A DNA stretch of 64,000 nt from positions 1 through 64,000 of the forward strand of contig DASSXV010000087.1 of assembly GCA_035703635.1 (NCBI GenBank), read 5' to 3'. This DNA is from Trueperaceae bacterium. GTDB taxonomy: Bacteria > Deinococcota > Deinococci > Deinococcales > Trueperaceae. The number at the start of each line of letters is the position of its first letter. Within the stretch, counting starts at the first letter, position 1. Shown here piece by piece: positions 1-12,708 of the stretch. Position numbers and translations under genes: made by a program. The notes under the pieces were generated by a model that saw nothing but the letters and a program-made list of their open reading frames with translations, did no database searches and had not been told where the DNA came from.

Positions 1-2
1 AC

Positions 3-176
3 GTCTACTGCGTCGACATCCTCAAGCAGGTCAAGGCCGTGCAGGGGGCGCTGGCGCGCGTCAGCGACGCCGTGCTCAGGTCGCACATCCGCGACCACGT
101 CGCCACCGCCAGCCAGCGCGGCGACACCGAGCACATCGTCACGGAACTGATGGAAGCCCTCAAGTACCGCACCTGA
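3..176 (+). CDS. csoR: CsoR/RcnR-family copper-sensing repressor (5' end outside window)
   Basis: Manual translation: VYCVDILKQVKAVQGALARVSDAVLRSHIRDHV...ELMEALKYRT*. C-H-H ligand pattern as in Thermus CsoR; directly upstream of copA. Confidence 0.9.
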   Translation, partial: VYCVDILKQVKAVQGALARVSDAVLRSHIRDHVATASQRGDTEHIVTELMEALKYRT

Positions 177-229
177 GCGCCGGGCGACGTGAAAGCGTCG
201 CCCGCCTCGCATAGTGAACAGGAGAAGTC

Positions 230-2731
<2,502 letters not shown>

Positions 2732-2765
2732 CGCCGTGACGGACCCAAGCCCCGAAGGAGACACC

Positions 2766-3173
2766 ATGCAAACCGCACCGCAGACGCTCGGACAACTCGT
2801 TGGCAGCTTCAAGGGCTCCCGCGAGCTCGTGCGCGACCGCCACGCCTTCCTCAAGCGCAGCGCCGGCAAGCACGACGTCCCGCAGCTCGCCGGCCTGCCC
2901 ATGCTGGGCCTGGGCGGGAGCTGCGGCAAGCCCGGCTTCCAGCTCCCCTACGTGGTGCGCTTCGACGACGCGAAGCTCGAGCGGCTCGAGCAGACCGCCG
3001 CGCGCTTCGGCATGTTCGTCGAGTACGGCGCCTACCCCCACCTCAAGCTCGAGGACGGCGGGCAGGAGATCGCCGCCGTGCAGGACTGGACCACGCTGAC
3101 GCTCGTGTTCCTGCGCCCCTCCTACGACCGCAAGGAGGAGCTGCTGACGGCGATCAGCCAGGCGCTCGCCTGA
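2766..3173 (+). CDS. Hypothetical ~135-aa soluble protein inside the copper cluster
   Basis: GAAGGAG RBS 5 nt before ATG 2766; island-like codon usage; motifs GLGGSCGKP and EYGAYPHLK. Confidence 0.8.
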   Translation: MQTAPQTLGQLVGSFKGSRELVRDRHAFLKRSAGKHDVPQLAGLPMLGLGGSCGKPGFQLPYVVRFDDAKLERLEQTAARFGMFVEYGAYPHLKLEDGGQEIAAVQDWTTLTLVFLRPSYDRKEELLTAISQALA

Positions 3174-3210
3174 CTCCCGGCCAGGGCGCGAGCCCGGAAA
3201 GGACGACAAC

Positions 3211-4310
3211 ATGACGACCCAGACAAGAACGCGCGTGGCGGTGAACGGCTACGGCGTGATCGGCAAGCGCATCGCCGACGCGGTGCGCCTGCAGCCCGAC
3301 ATGGAGCTCGTGGGAGTCGCCGACGTGGTCGCCGACTACCGCCTCCAGACCGCCGCCCTCCAGGACGTCCCCGTCTACGCCTCCACGCCTGAAGGCGCGA
3401 AGGCCATGCGCGCCGCCGGCATCCCCGTGGCGGGCGAGCTGGGCGCGCTCCTGGAGCGCGTGGACGTGGTCGCCGACTGCACCCCCAAGGGCGTCGGCGC
3501 CAGCAACCTCAAACTCTACCGGCGCGCGGGCGTGAAGGCAGCGCTGCAGGGCGGCGAGAAGCACGACGTGACGGGCCACTCGTTCGTGGCGCAAGCCAAC
3601 TACGCCAGCGCCGTCGGCCGCGACTTCACCCGCGTCGTCTCCTGCAACACCACCAGCACCGTCCGCACCCTGGGCGCGCTGCACGAAGCCGGCCTGCTCA
3701 AGAAGGCGCGCGGGGTGCTGGTGCGCCGCGCCACCGACCCGTGGGAGTCGGACCACTCCGGCATCATGAACACCGTCGTGCCCGAACGCGTCATCCCCAG
3801 CCACCAGGGGCCCGACGCGCGCACCGTCATGCCCGCGCTCGACGTGGTCACCATCGCCGCCAAGGCGGCGCACACCCAGGGCCACGGCCACTTCTGGATC
3901 GCCGAACTCACCCGCGAAGCGAGCAGGGACGAGGTGCTGGACGCCTTCAGGGCCGCGCCGCGCATCGCGCTCATGCGCATGGGCGACGGCATCGTCGCGC
4001 TCAACAGCACCATCGAGCTGATGCGCGACCTCCACCGCCCGCGCGGCGACATGTGGGAGGTCGCCCTCTGGGAGGACGTCCTCACCGTCGAGGGAAACGA
4101 GCTCTACTACAGCTACCAGGTCGACAACCAGGCCATCGTGGTGCCCGAAACCATCGACGCCCTGCGCGCCCTCACCGCCACCGCCGACGCCGACGAGTCG
4201 ATGCGCCTCACCGACGAGACCCTCGGCCTCACCGACGACTTCCTCAGGCCGCAAGCGCACCCGCACGCGCCCGCCGCCCTTACCCCAGACATCGCCCGCG
4301 AGGAGGCCCC

Positions 4311-4314
<4 letters not shown>
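3211..4314 (+). CDS. Type II (archaeal-type) glyceraldehyde-3-phosphate dehydrogenase
   Basis: VAVNGYGVIGKRIADAV, DCTPKG, QGGEKHD, RVVSCNTT (catalytic Cys), RRATDP, PSHQGPD, PRGDMWE, ETIDALRAL; AAAGGA RBS. Confidence 0.93.
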
Positions 4315-6476
<2,162 letters not shown>

Positions 6477-6485
6477 GGCTCCGCC

Positions 6486-6572
6486 CGCGCGCCTCGAGGC
6501 GGCGCTCCCCGGGCTAGGGCGGCCGAGGTCGGCGAAGAGATTGCCGCTACCGGCCACGATGGCGTTGTCATC
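6486..6572 (-). pseudogene. Relic of the N-terminus of an XRE/HigA-like (HTH_37) antitoxin
   Basis: Minus strand reads DDNAIVAGSGNLFADLGRP, then ERRLEAR after a frameshift; resembles the SGNVFADLG motif; no HTH follows. Confidence 0.5.
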
Positions 6573-6860
6573 GAGGCGCGCGACACGCTTGTCCACGGCA
6601 GCGCCGTCATTATCGACTGCCCCTAGGGCGCGTCGCCCCCGCGGCACATAGCTGATCTACCCGCTGGCTTACGGCTACCTGGCCGGCACGACCGCGGGCG
6701 ACGCTTCCGGCATCAGCGTGCGCTTGGGAAGCGGCGCCCACAAGGCGGCGGCCGCCGCGTTGTGCAAACTCGATCTGTTCAAGTGTGACGCGGCGTTCAA
6801 GTCAAAGCCGGGCTGCGCGGCAGCGATCGTGACCGTAGCGGTTCATGAACATGACGGTCG
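6573..6860 (+). pseudogene. Degraded small inorganic-pyrophosphatase-like gene
   Basis: DTLVHGSAVIIDCP*GASPPRH (TAG 6624-6626), frameshift near 6650, then LIYPLAYGYLAGTTAGDASGISV...LCKLDLFKCDA; resembles IDRPKGS...YPLDYGYLEGTT.GDG.GIDV. Confidence 0.65.
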
Positions 6861-6958
6861 GCCCGCCCGGTTGCACCCTGGACCGCACGTAGCAGCAGGA
6901 GCCGCGAGCCGCATGAGCCGGCGACGTGCGGACGACGGAGTCACCGCTACCATGGGGC

Positions 6959-7378
6959 ATGACGACGATCGGGCAGTTGGCGCGGCGCACGCGCGAGTCG
7001 GTGAAGACCCTAAGGTACTGGACGGACCTGGGCCTGCTGGCGGCCGAGCGCGGCGCCAACGGCTACCGCTACTACGGCGCCGGCGCCGCCGAGCGCGTGG
7101 GGTTCATCCGCGGCGCGCAGGCGCTCGGCCTCACGCTGCGCGAGATAAGGGACGTCCTCGCCGCGCGCGAGCACGAGCACCCGCCCTGCCAGGCGGCGCG
7201 CGCCGTCCTGGCGCGGCACCTGCGCGACGTGCGCGAGCGCCTGGCGCAGTGGGCGCGCCTGGAGGCGGAGCTCGCCGAGCGGCTGGCGTGGGCGGAGGCG
7301 CACCCGCGCCCCGCCTGCGAGGGCGAGGGCTGCGTCTACCTCGCCGACACGCCCGCCCGCCCGGGCGCGGCCGCTTGA
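6959..7378 (+). CDS. MerR-family metal-responsive regulator
   Basis: TIGQLARRT..SVKTLRYW...GYRYY HTH; FIRGAQALGLTLREI; three Cys (PPC, PAC, EGC); TACCAT -10 hexamer 5 nt before ATG. Confidence 0.9.
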   Translation: MTTIGQLARRTRESVKTLRYWTDLGLLAAERGANGYRYYGAGAAERVGFIRGAQALGLTLREIRDVLAAREHEHPPCQAARAVLARHLRDVRERLAQWARLEAELAERLAWAEAHPRPACEGEGCVYLADTPARPGAAA

Positions 7379-7406
7379 CCCTCCCCCTTACGGGAGGGTC
7401 TAGCCT
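7375..7406 (+). promoter_or_regulatory. MerR-type promoter/operator of merA
   Basis: -35 TTGACC (7375-7380), 20-bp spacer, -10 TAGCCT (7401-7406); perfect 9-bp inverted repeat GACCCTCCC/GGGAGGGTC (7377-7385, 7392-7400); ATG 6 nt after the -10. Confidence 0.85.
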
Positions 7407-7412
7407 GCGGGC

Positions 7413-8831
7413 ATGGCCAGAGCCGAGAACTCCGATTACGACCTTTTGATCATCGGCGCGGGCGGGGCGGGCACGGCCGCCGCCATCCGCGGCGCCGAAC
7501 TGGGCGCGCGCGTCGCCATCGCCGAGGGCGCGGCGGTGGGCGGCACCTGCGTCAACGTCGGCTGCATCCCCTCCAAGCTCCTGCTCGAGGCGGCCGCCCA
7601 GTTCCACGCCGCCCGCACCGGCTTCCCGAGCCTCGCCGGCGAGGCGCAGGCCGCCTGGGAAAGGGCGCAGGCGCGCAAGGGCGCCGTGGTCGCGAGGCTC
7701 CGGCAGGAGAAGTACCTCGACGTGCTCGCCGGCTACGAGGGCGTGACGCTCTTGCGCGGGGCGGCCGAACTCCTGGGGGCGGAGCGCGTGCGCGTGGGCG
7801 AGGCGGTGGTGGGCGCGCGCCGGGTGGTGCTCGCCACGGGCGCGGCGCCCGCCCTGCCGCCCGTCCCCGGCCTGGCAGAAGCGGGCGCCCTCACCAGCAC
7901 CAGCGCCATGGAGCTCAAGGCGCTGCCGGCGTCGCTGATCGTGCTCGGCGCCGGCGCCGTCGGCCTGGAGCTGGGCCAGGCGTTCGCGCGCTTCGGCGTC
8001 AGGGTCAGCGTGCTCGAGGCCGAGGCGCGCATCCTGCCCAGCGAGGACCCCGAGCTGACGCGCGCGCTGGCGGACGCCCTCGCCGCCGAGGGGCTGGAGC
8101 TGCGCGCGGGCGCGCGCGTGACGGGCGTGACGCGCGACGAGACCGGTTACCACCTCGACGTCGAGCAGGGCGGCAAGGAAGAGTCGCTGCACGCCGAGCA
8201 GCTCCTGGTGGCCGCCGGCCGCCGGCCCAACACCGCCGGCCTCGGCCTGGAGGGCGCGGGGGTGGAGGTCGACGCGCGCGGCTTCGCGCGCGTCGACGGC
8301 TTCATGCGCACCTCCAACGCGCGCGTCTTCGCCGCCGGCGACGTCACCGGCGCGCCCCAGTTCGTCTACCTCGCCGCCGCGGCGGGCCGGGTCGCGGCGG
8401 AGGCCGCCCTCGCCGACCTCACGGGCGCGCCGGCCGCGCCGCTCGACGCGAGCACCGTGCCGCGCGTCACCTTCACCGACCCGCAGCTCGCCGCCGTGGG
8501 CTTGACGGAAGCGCAGGCGCGGGCGGCGGGGCACGCCGTGCAAGTGGCGACGCTGCCGGCGGCGGCCATCCCGCGCGCGGCCGTCACCGGCTCCGACCGC
8601 GGCCTCATCAAGCTGGTGGCGGAGGCGCCCGGCGGCCGCCTGCTCGGCGCGCACCTCCTGAGCGCCAACGCCGGCGACGTCATCGGCGAGGCCACCCTGG
8701 CGCTGCGCTTCGCCCTCACCAGCGCCGACCTCGCCACCACCCTCCACCCCTACCTGACGTGGGCGGAGGGACTTAAGCTGGCGGCCCAGGCGTTCACCCA
8801 GGACGTGACCAGGCTCTCCTGCTGCGCCTGA
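7413..8831 (+). CDS. merA: Mercuric reductase without NmerA domain
   Basis: GGTCVNVGCIPSK redox-active disulfide, TLHPYLT, C-terminal LSCCA vicinal Cys pair. Confidence 0.93.
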   Translation: MARAENSDYDLLIIGAGGAGTAAAIRGAELGARVAIAEGAAVGGTCVNVGCIPSKLLLEAAAQFHAARTGFPSLAGEAQAAWERAQARKGAVVARLRQEKYLDVLAGYEGVTLLRGAAELLGAERVRVGEAVVGARRVVLATGAAPALPPVPGLAEAGALTSTSAMELKALPASLIVLGAGAVGLELGQAFARFGVRVSVLEAEARILPSEDPELTRALADALAAEGLELRAGARVTGVTRDETGYHLDVEQGGKEESLHAEQLLVAAGRRPNTAGLGLEGAGVEVDARGFARVDGFMRTSNARVFAAGDVTGAPQFVYLAAAAGRVAAEAALADLTGAPAAPLDASTVPRVTFTDPQLAAVGLTEAQARAAGHAVQVATLPAAAIPRAAVTGSDRGLIKLVAEAPGGRLLGAHLLSANAGDVIGEATLALRFALTSADLATTLHPYLTWAEGLKLAAQAFTQDVTRLSCCA

Positions 8832-8913
8832 GGCGCGCGCCGCCCACCGGGCCGGCGCCCGGGCTGGGTAGGATGCCGAGGTCGACCGGTTCACGAGGGA
8901 GGCGCGGGACTTG

Positions 8914-9309
8914 ATGCTGCACGCCATACCGGCCCTGCCGGTGCGCGACCTGAAGCGGAGCGTGGCCTTCTACCGCGACCACCTCGGCTTCGCCCTGCTT
9001 CACGACGAGGCGGCCTTCGCCGTCCTGCGGCGCGACGCCGTCGAGCTGCACCTGTGGACGGCCGCCGACGAGGCCTGGCGCCAGCGCCACGCCCCAGCGC
9101 CGCTGGTGTCGGGCGCCGAGTCGTTCCTGGCCGGCACGGCGAGCTGCCGCATCGCCGTCACGGACGTGGACGCGCTGCACGAGGCGCTGCGGCCGCTGGG
9201 CGTGCTGCACCCCAACGCGCCGCTGCGCGACGAGTGGTACGGCGCGCGCGAGTTCGGGGTGCTCGACCCCGACCGCAACCTCATCACCTTCTACCAGCAA
9301 CGCGCCTGA
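8914..9309 (+). CDS. Bleomycin-binding VOC-family protein (BleO-like)
   Basis: IPALPV.D..RS..FY...LGF, ELHLW, GAESFLAGTASCRI, LHPN, DPDRNLITFYQ. Confidence 0.85.
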   Translation: MLHAIPALPVRDLKRSVAFYRDHLGFALLHDEAAFAVLRRDAVELHLWTAADEAWRQRHAPAPLVSGAESFLAGTASCRIAVTDVDALHEALRPLGVLHPNAPLRDEWYGAREFGVLDPDRNLITFYQQRA

Positions 9310-9535
9310 TCGCCGCCGGCTCACCCCGGCCTCGACAGCCGTCCTGCTTGTCGCCATTGCCTATCCACGCCGCAATGCTCATGAGCAGGACTCCTTTCGA
9401 GTGGGCGCTGGCGTTCCCACCCCCAAGCGCCCTAGGTGCTGTGCGTTCCCGCCAAATGCGCCTCAGGCCGCGGTGGTAGGCGCGGCGCGCGACTGGAGCG
9501 AGGGGCTCGCAGGGCGGATGGTCCGGCGCGTAGGC

Positions 9536-9832
9536 TTAGCGCCCGCTCCCTCCTCCGCGGCGCCCGGCGCCGAGTCCGCGCCGCCGGCCCGTGCCGTCAT
9601 GGTGCGGCGCCGTCCGCGCCTTCCCCGCCGGGGCCTCGGCAGGCTGCCTCTCGGGAAGCCGCTGGTCGGAACCGCGCGCCTCCCTCATCAAAAGCAGCAC
9701 GGCGAGCGGGCAGAGGGCGAGTAGGGCGAGCGGCACCCAGATCGGCAGCGACTCGCGCGTGAAGAGGACGGCCAACAGCGCGACCGTCCCGATAGCCCAA
9801 GCGAGGTGCCGGTGCAGGTGGCGCACGTTCAT
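9536..9832 (-). CDS. Small membrane protein, DUF2933-like (possibly degenerate)
   Basis: AAAGGAG RBS; two hydrophobic helices with LLALCPL motif; usual His-rich tail absent. Confidence 0.55.
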   Translation of the reverse strand: MNVRHLHRHLAWAIGTVALLAVLFTRESLPIWVPLALLALCPLAVLLLMREARGSDQRLPERQPAEAPAGKARTAPHHDGTGRRRGLGAGRRGGGSGR

Positions 9833-10114
9833 AGCAGTTCAGCTCCTTTTCCGTCCCGCTCGTCGATCCGAAGGGTGGGCGGCGACCCCGGGGATAGGCG
9901 TCACGTGGGAGCGTCGCGGGCGCGACCTTCCGGACGCCTCCCCCGGGCGGCCGGGCAAGAGCCCGCCGCCGATGCCCCATGTTCCCCTACGGGTGTTCAG
10001 GCCGTTCAAGGCCAATGCAAAGTTTGTGTTGCCTCGCCCGCACACCAGCCGGCGCCGTCCGGCGCCGCCCAGCGCGGCCAGGGCGTAGCATGATCACCAG
10101 AAGGGCAGGTAAAC

Positions 10115-11065
10115 ATGCACCAGGAAAACGGGGCGGGGAGCGCAACGCACGCAACCGCCAGCGCGCGCACGAGCAAGGCGGGATCTCCCGAAACGTTCAA
10201 GGGCGGCGTCATCATGGACGTGGTGACGCCCGACCAGGCGCGCATCGCCGAGCAGGCGGGCGCCGTGGCGGTGATGGCGCTCGAGCGCGTGCCCGCCGAC
10301 ATCCGCTCCCAAGGCGGCGTGGCGCGCATGTCCGACCCCGGCCTCATCGAAGAGATCATCGAGGCCGTGTCGATCCCGGTGATGGCCAAGGCGCGCATCG
10401 GCCACTTCGTCGAGGCCCAGATCCTGCAGGCCATCGGCGTCGACTTCATCGACGAGTCCGAGGTCCTCACCCCCGCCGACGAGGCCTACCACATCGACAA
10501 GCGCGCCTTCCGCGTGCCGTTCGTGTGCGGCGCCACCAACATCGGCGAGGCCCTGCGGCGCATCGGCGAGGGCGCCGCCATGATCAGGACAAAGGGCGAG
10601 GCCGGCACCGGCAACGTGGTCGAAGCCGTGCGCCACGCCCGCAGCGTGATCGGCGAGATCCGCGCCCTGCAAAGCATGGCCAGCGAGCAACTCATGAGCT
10701 ACGCCAAGGAGCACGGCGCCCCCTACGACCTCGTGCGCTACGTCCACACGCACGGCAAGCTGCCGGTGGCCAACTTCGCGGCAGGCGGCGTGGCCACCCC
10801 GGCCGACGCCGCTCTCATGATGCAGCTCGGCGTCGACGGCGTGTTCGTTGGATCAGGCATCTTCAAGGCGGCCGCTAGCGAGACCGATGAGAGCCGCCGG
10901 CGGGCAGCCTGGGCGCGCCGCGCCGGGGCTATCGTCAAGGCCGTGAAGCACCACGACGACCCCGCCGCGCTCGCCGAACTGTCCAAGAACCTGGGGGAGG
11001 CCATGGTCGGCATCGGCATGGAGTCGCTCGCGGAGGACCAGCTTCTGGCCCGCCGGGGCTGGTGA
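10115..11065 (+). CDS. pdxS: Pyridoxal 5'-phosphate synthase lyase subunit
   Basis: [72 protein letters not shown]-terminal RGW. Confidence 0.95.
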   Translation: MHQENGAGSATHATASARTSKAGSPETFKGGVIMDVVTPDQARIAEQAGAVAVMALERVPADIRSQGGVARMSDPGLIEEIIEAVSIPVMAKARIGHFVEAQILQAIGVDFIDESEVLTPADEAYHIDKRAFRVPFVCGATNIGEALRRIGEGAAMIRTKGEAGTGNVVEAVRHARSVIGEIRALQSMASEQLMSYAKEHGAPYDLVRYVHTHGKLPVANFAAGGVATPADAALMMQLGVDGVFVGSGIFKAAASETDESRRRAAWARRAGAIVKAVKHHDDPAALAELSKNLGEAMVGIGMESLAEDQLLARRGW

Positions 11066-11244
11066 GCGCCCGGCACCGCGCGCTGACGGCCAGAACGCGG
11101 CAGCCGCACCCCCGGACCCCATGAAATCGCCACCGCCCCCACAGGGGTGAAGGCGCGCCATGGTCCCTCGCTTAGCCTGTGCCGCTCACCCATCCACCTT
11201 ACGGAACGCCAGCCTAAACCTTGGGCTGAGGCCCGCCATTCAGG

Positions 11245-11324
11245 GTTCTCAGGTCAACTGCCGCCCGTTCTCAGTTCGTTCTCAACTGAACTTCCGTGTT
11301 CTCAGTTCTAACTTCCGCTCTACA
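11245..11324 (-). repeat. Putative transposon end: terminal TGT plus clustered transposase-binding repeats
   Basis: Plus strand: GTTCTCAGGTCAACTGCCG (11245-11263), GTTCTCAGTTC (11267-11277), GTTCTCAACTGAACTTCCG (11278-11296), GTTCTCAGTTCTAACTTCCG (11298-11317), then CTCTACA. Confidence 0.75.
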
Positions 11325-11334
11325 AATCAACAGC

Positions 11335-12564
11335 CTACCCGCTAAGCTGCCCGATAATCGAGAACATCGGCAGGAACATGCCAGCAACGATGAAGCCGAC
11401 GATGACACCGAGGAACACGATGAGCATGGGCTCTAGCGCGGCAGTGAGGCTGTCGACTGCCTCGTCAACCTCCCGCTCGTAGAAGTCGGCGACCTTTTGG
11501 AGCATGCCGTCCACAGCGCCGGTTTCTTCACCGATGGCCACCATGGAGGACACCATTGGCGGGAAAACACGCGGGTACTTCATTAGTGTTTGACTGATCT
11601 GCTCACCGCGTTGGACCGAGTCCTTGGTTTCGTCTAGGATGTCTTCAACTATGGCGTTGCCAGCGGTGCCCTTGGTGATCTCGATCGATTCGATGATGTT
11701 GACGCCCGACCGAAGGAGCAAACCGAAGGTGTTCGAGAAGCTCGCGATTGCGCTCTTCTGCACGAGTGTGCCAACTACAGGCATGCGCAACACGAACCCG
11801 TCAAGCACCCGCCTACCGCTCTTAGTGCGGTAGTAGAAGCCGAGACCAACCACCACGGCCACGATCAGGCCGATCATTATGTACCACTGGTACCGAAGAA
11901 AGTCCGATACAGCGATCAGGGCCTTGGTGATTACGGGTAGGTCGCCACCCAACTGGTCGAGGATGGTCGCGAACTGCGGGACAATGCCCGTGAGCAGGAA
12001 CCAAGTCACCGCAAGCGCGATCACGAGTACGACCGTTGGGTATGTGAGAGCCGTCTTGATCTTGCCGCGTAAGGCCGCCTGCTTCTCCATGTAGGCGGCG
12101 ATGCGGTCGAGGATGCCGTCGAGGTTGCCAGACACCTCACCCGCCTTGACAAGGTAGATGTAGAGCTTGTTGAAGAGTCTAGGGTGTTTGGCTAGACCGT
12201 TCGAGAGCTGCTGGCCGGTCTCGACGTCTTCGCGCACTTGCTTGAGGGCGTCCTTAAGACCTTCCTTCGGCGCCTGTCGCTGCAGGATGGCGAGGCTCTG
12301 CACGACTGGCAAGCCCGCGTTGATGACCGTAGCGAACTGCCTGGAGAAGATGGTGATGTCACGAACGTTCGGGACACTACCGATATCCAACCACTTGGGT
12401 AGCTTTAGGTCGGTCTGCAGGCCCGACTTCGGGGCCTTGATTTCGGTGACAAAATAGCCCTTTTGGCGCAGGGAATTGGCCACGTCGCGCTCGGAAAGCG
12501 CTTCCGTTGTGCCCGTGATGACTTTGCCACTACGGTCACGGACCTTGTACTCGAAAACCGCCAT
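11335..12564 (-). CDS. pilC: Type IV pilus platform protein (T2SS F family)
   Basis: FSRQFATVINAGLP, GEVSGNLD, ALTYP, GEETGAVD, AALEP; GGGAGG RBS. Confidence 0.95.
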   Translation of the reverse strand: MAVFEYKVRDRSGKVITGTTEALSERDVANSLRQKGYFVTEIKAPKSGLQTDLKLPKWLDIGSVPNVRDITIFSRQFATVINAGLPVVQSLAILQRQAPKEGLKDALKQVREDVETGQQLSNGLAKHPRLFNKLYIYLVKAGEVSGNLDGILDRIAAYMEKQAALRGKIKTALTYPTVVLVIALAVTWFLLTGIVPQFATILDQLGGDLPVITKALIAVSDFLRYQWYIMIGLIVAVVVGLGFYYRTKSGRRVLDGFVLRMPVVGTLVQKSAIASFSNTFGLLLRSGVNIIESIEITKGTAGNAIVEDILDETKDSVQRGEQISQTLMKYPRVFPPMVSSMVAIGEETGAVDGMLQKVADFYEREVDEAVDSLTAALEPMLIVFLGVIVGFIVAGMFLPMFSIIGQLSG

Positions 12565-12664
12565 CCTGCCTCCCTAGACGCTAGCGCGGACGCTATCTCG
12601 AACTTAAACGAGAACCACGCGACCCGGCCGCAAGTAGCCTACCCGAGCAGCTGCTTCGAAAGCT

Positions 12665-12687
12665 GGTGGATAGGTCACTTATCCACA
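12665..12687. promoter_or_regulatory. Perfect DnaA-box sequence with an inverted degenerate partner between pilC and nth
   Basis: TTATCCACA at 12679-12687; GGTGGATAG at 12665-12673. Confidence 0.35.
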
Positions 12688-12708
12688 CCCGGGGGTAGCA
12701 TGCGAACC

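Noticed and set aside
3741-4310. 190-aa N-terminal extension of CopB in the ORF track
   Set aside because: Overlaps the GAPDH in another frame and is Arg/Pro-rich noise; the RBS supports GTG 4311.
9840-10110. CsoR operator or riboswitch between the DUF2933-like gene and pdxS
   Set aside because: Only weak CCCC/GGG tracts; no convincing palindrome or known aptamer.
11066-11240. pdxT or a transposase remnant after pdxS
   Set aside because: No GVLALQG or DDE-like motifs in the frames I read.
11245-11317. GTTCTCA repeats as a mini CRISPR array
   Set aside because: Repeats are adjacent (0-3 bp apart) with no spacer-length unique sequence and no cas genes; a transposon end fits better.
12660-12700. 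Replication origin
   Set aside because: Only one perfect DnaA box, no AT-rich unwinding element, and no dnaA/dnaN nearby.
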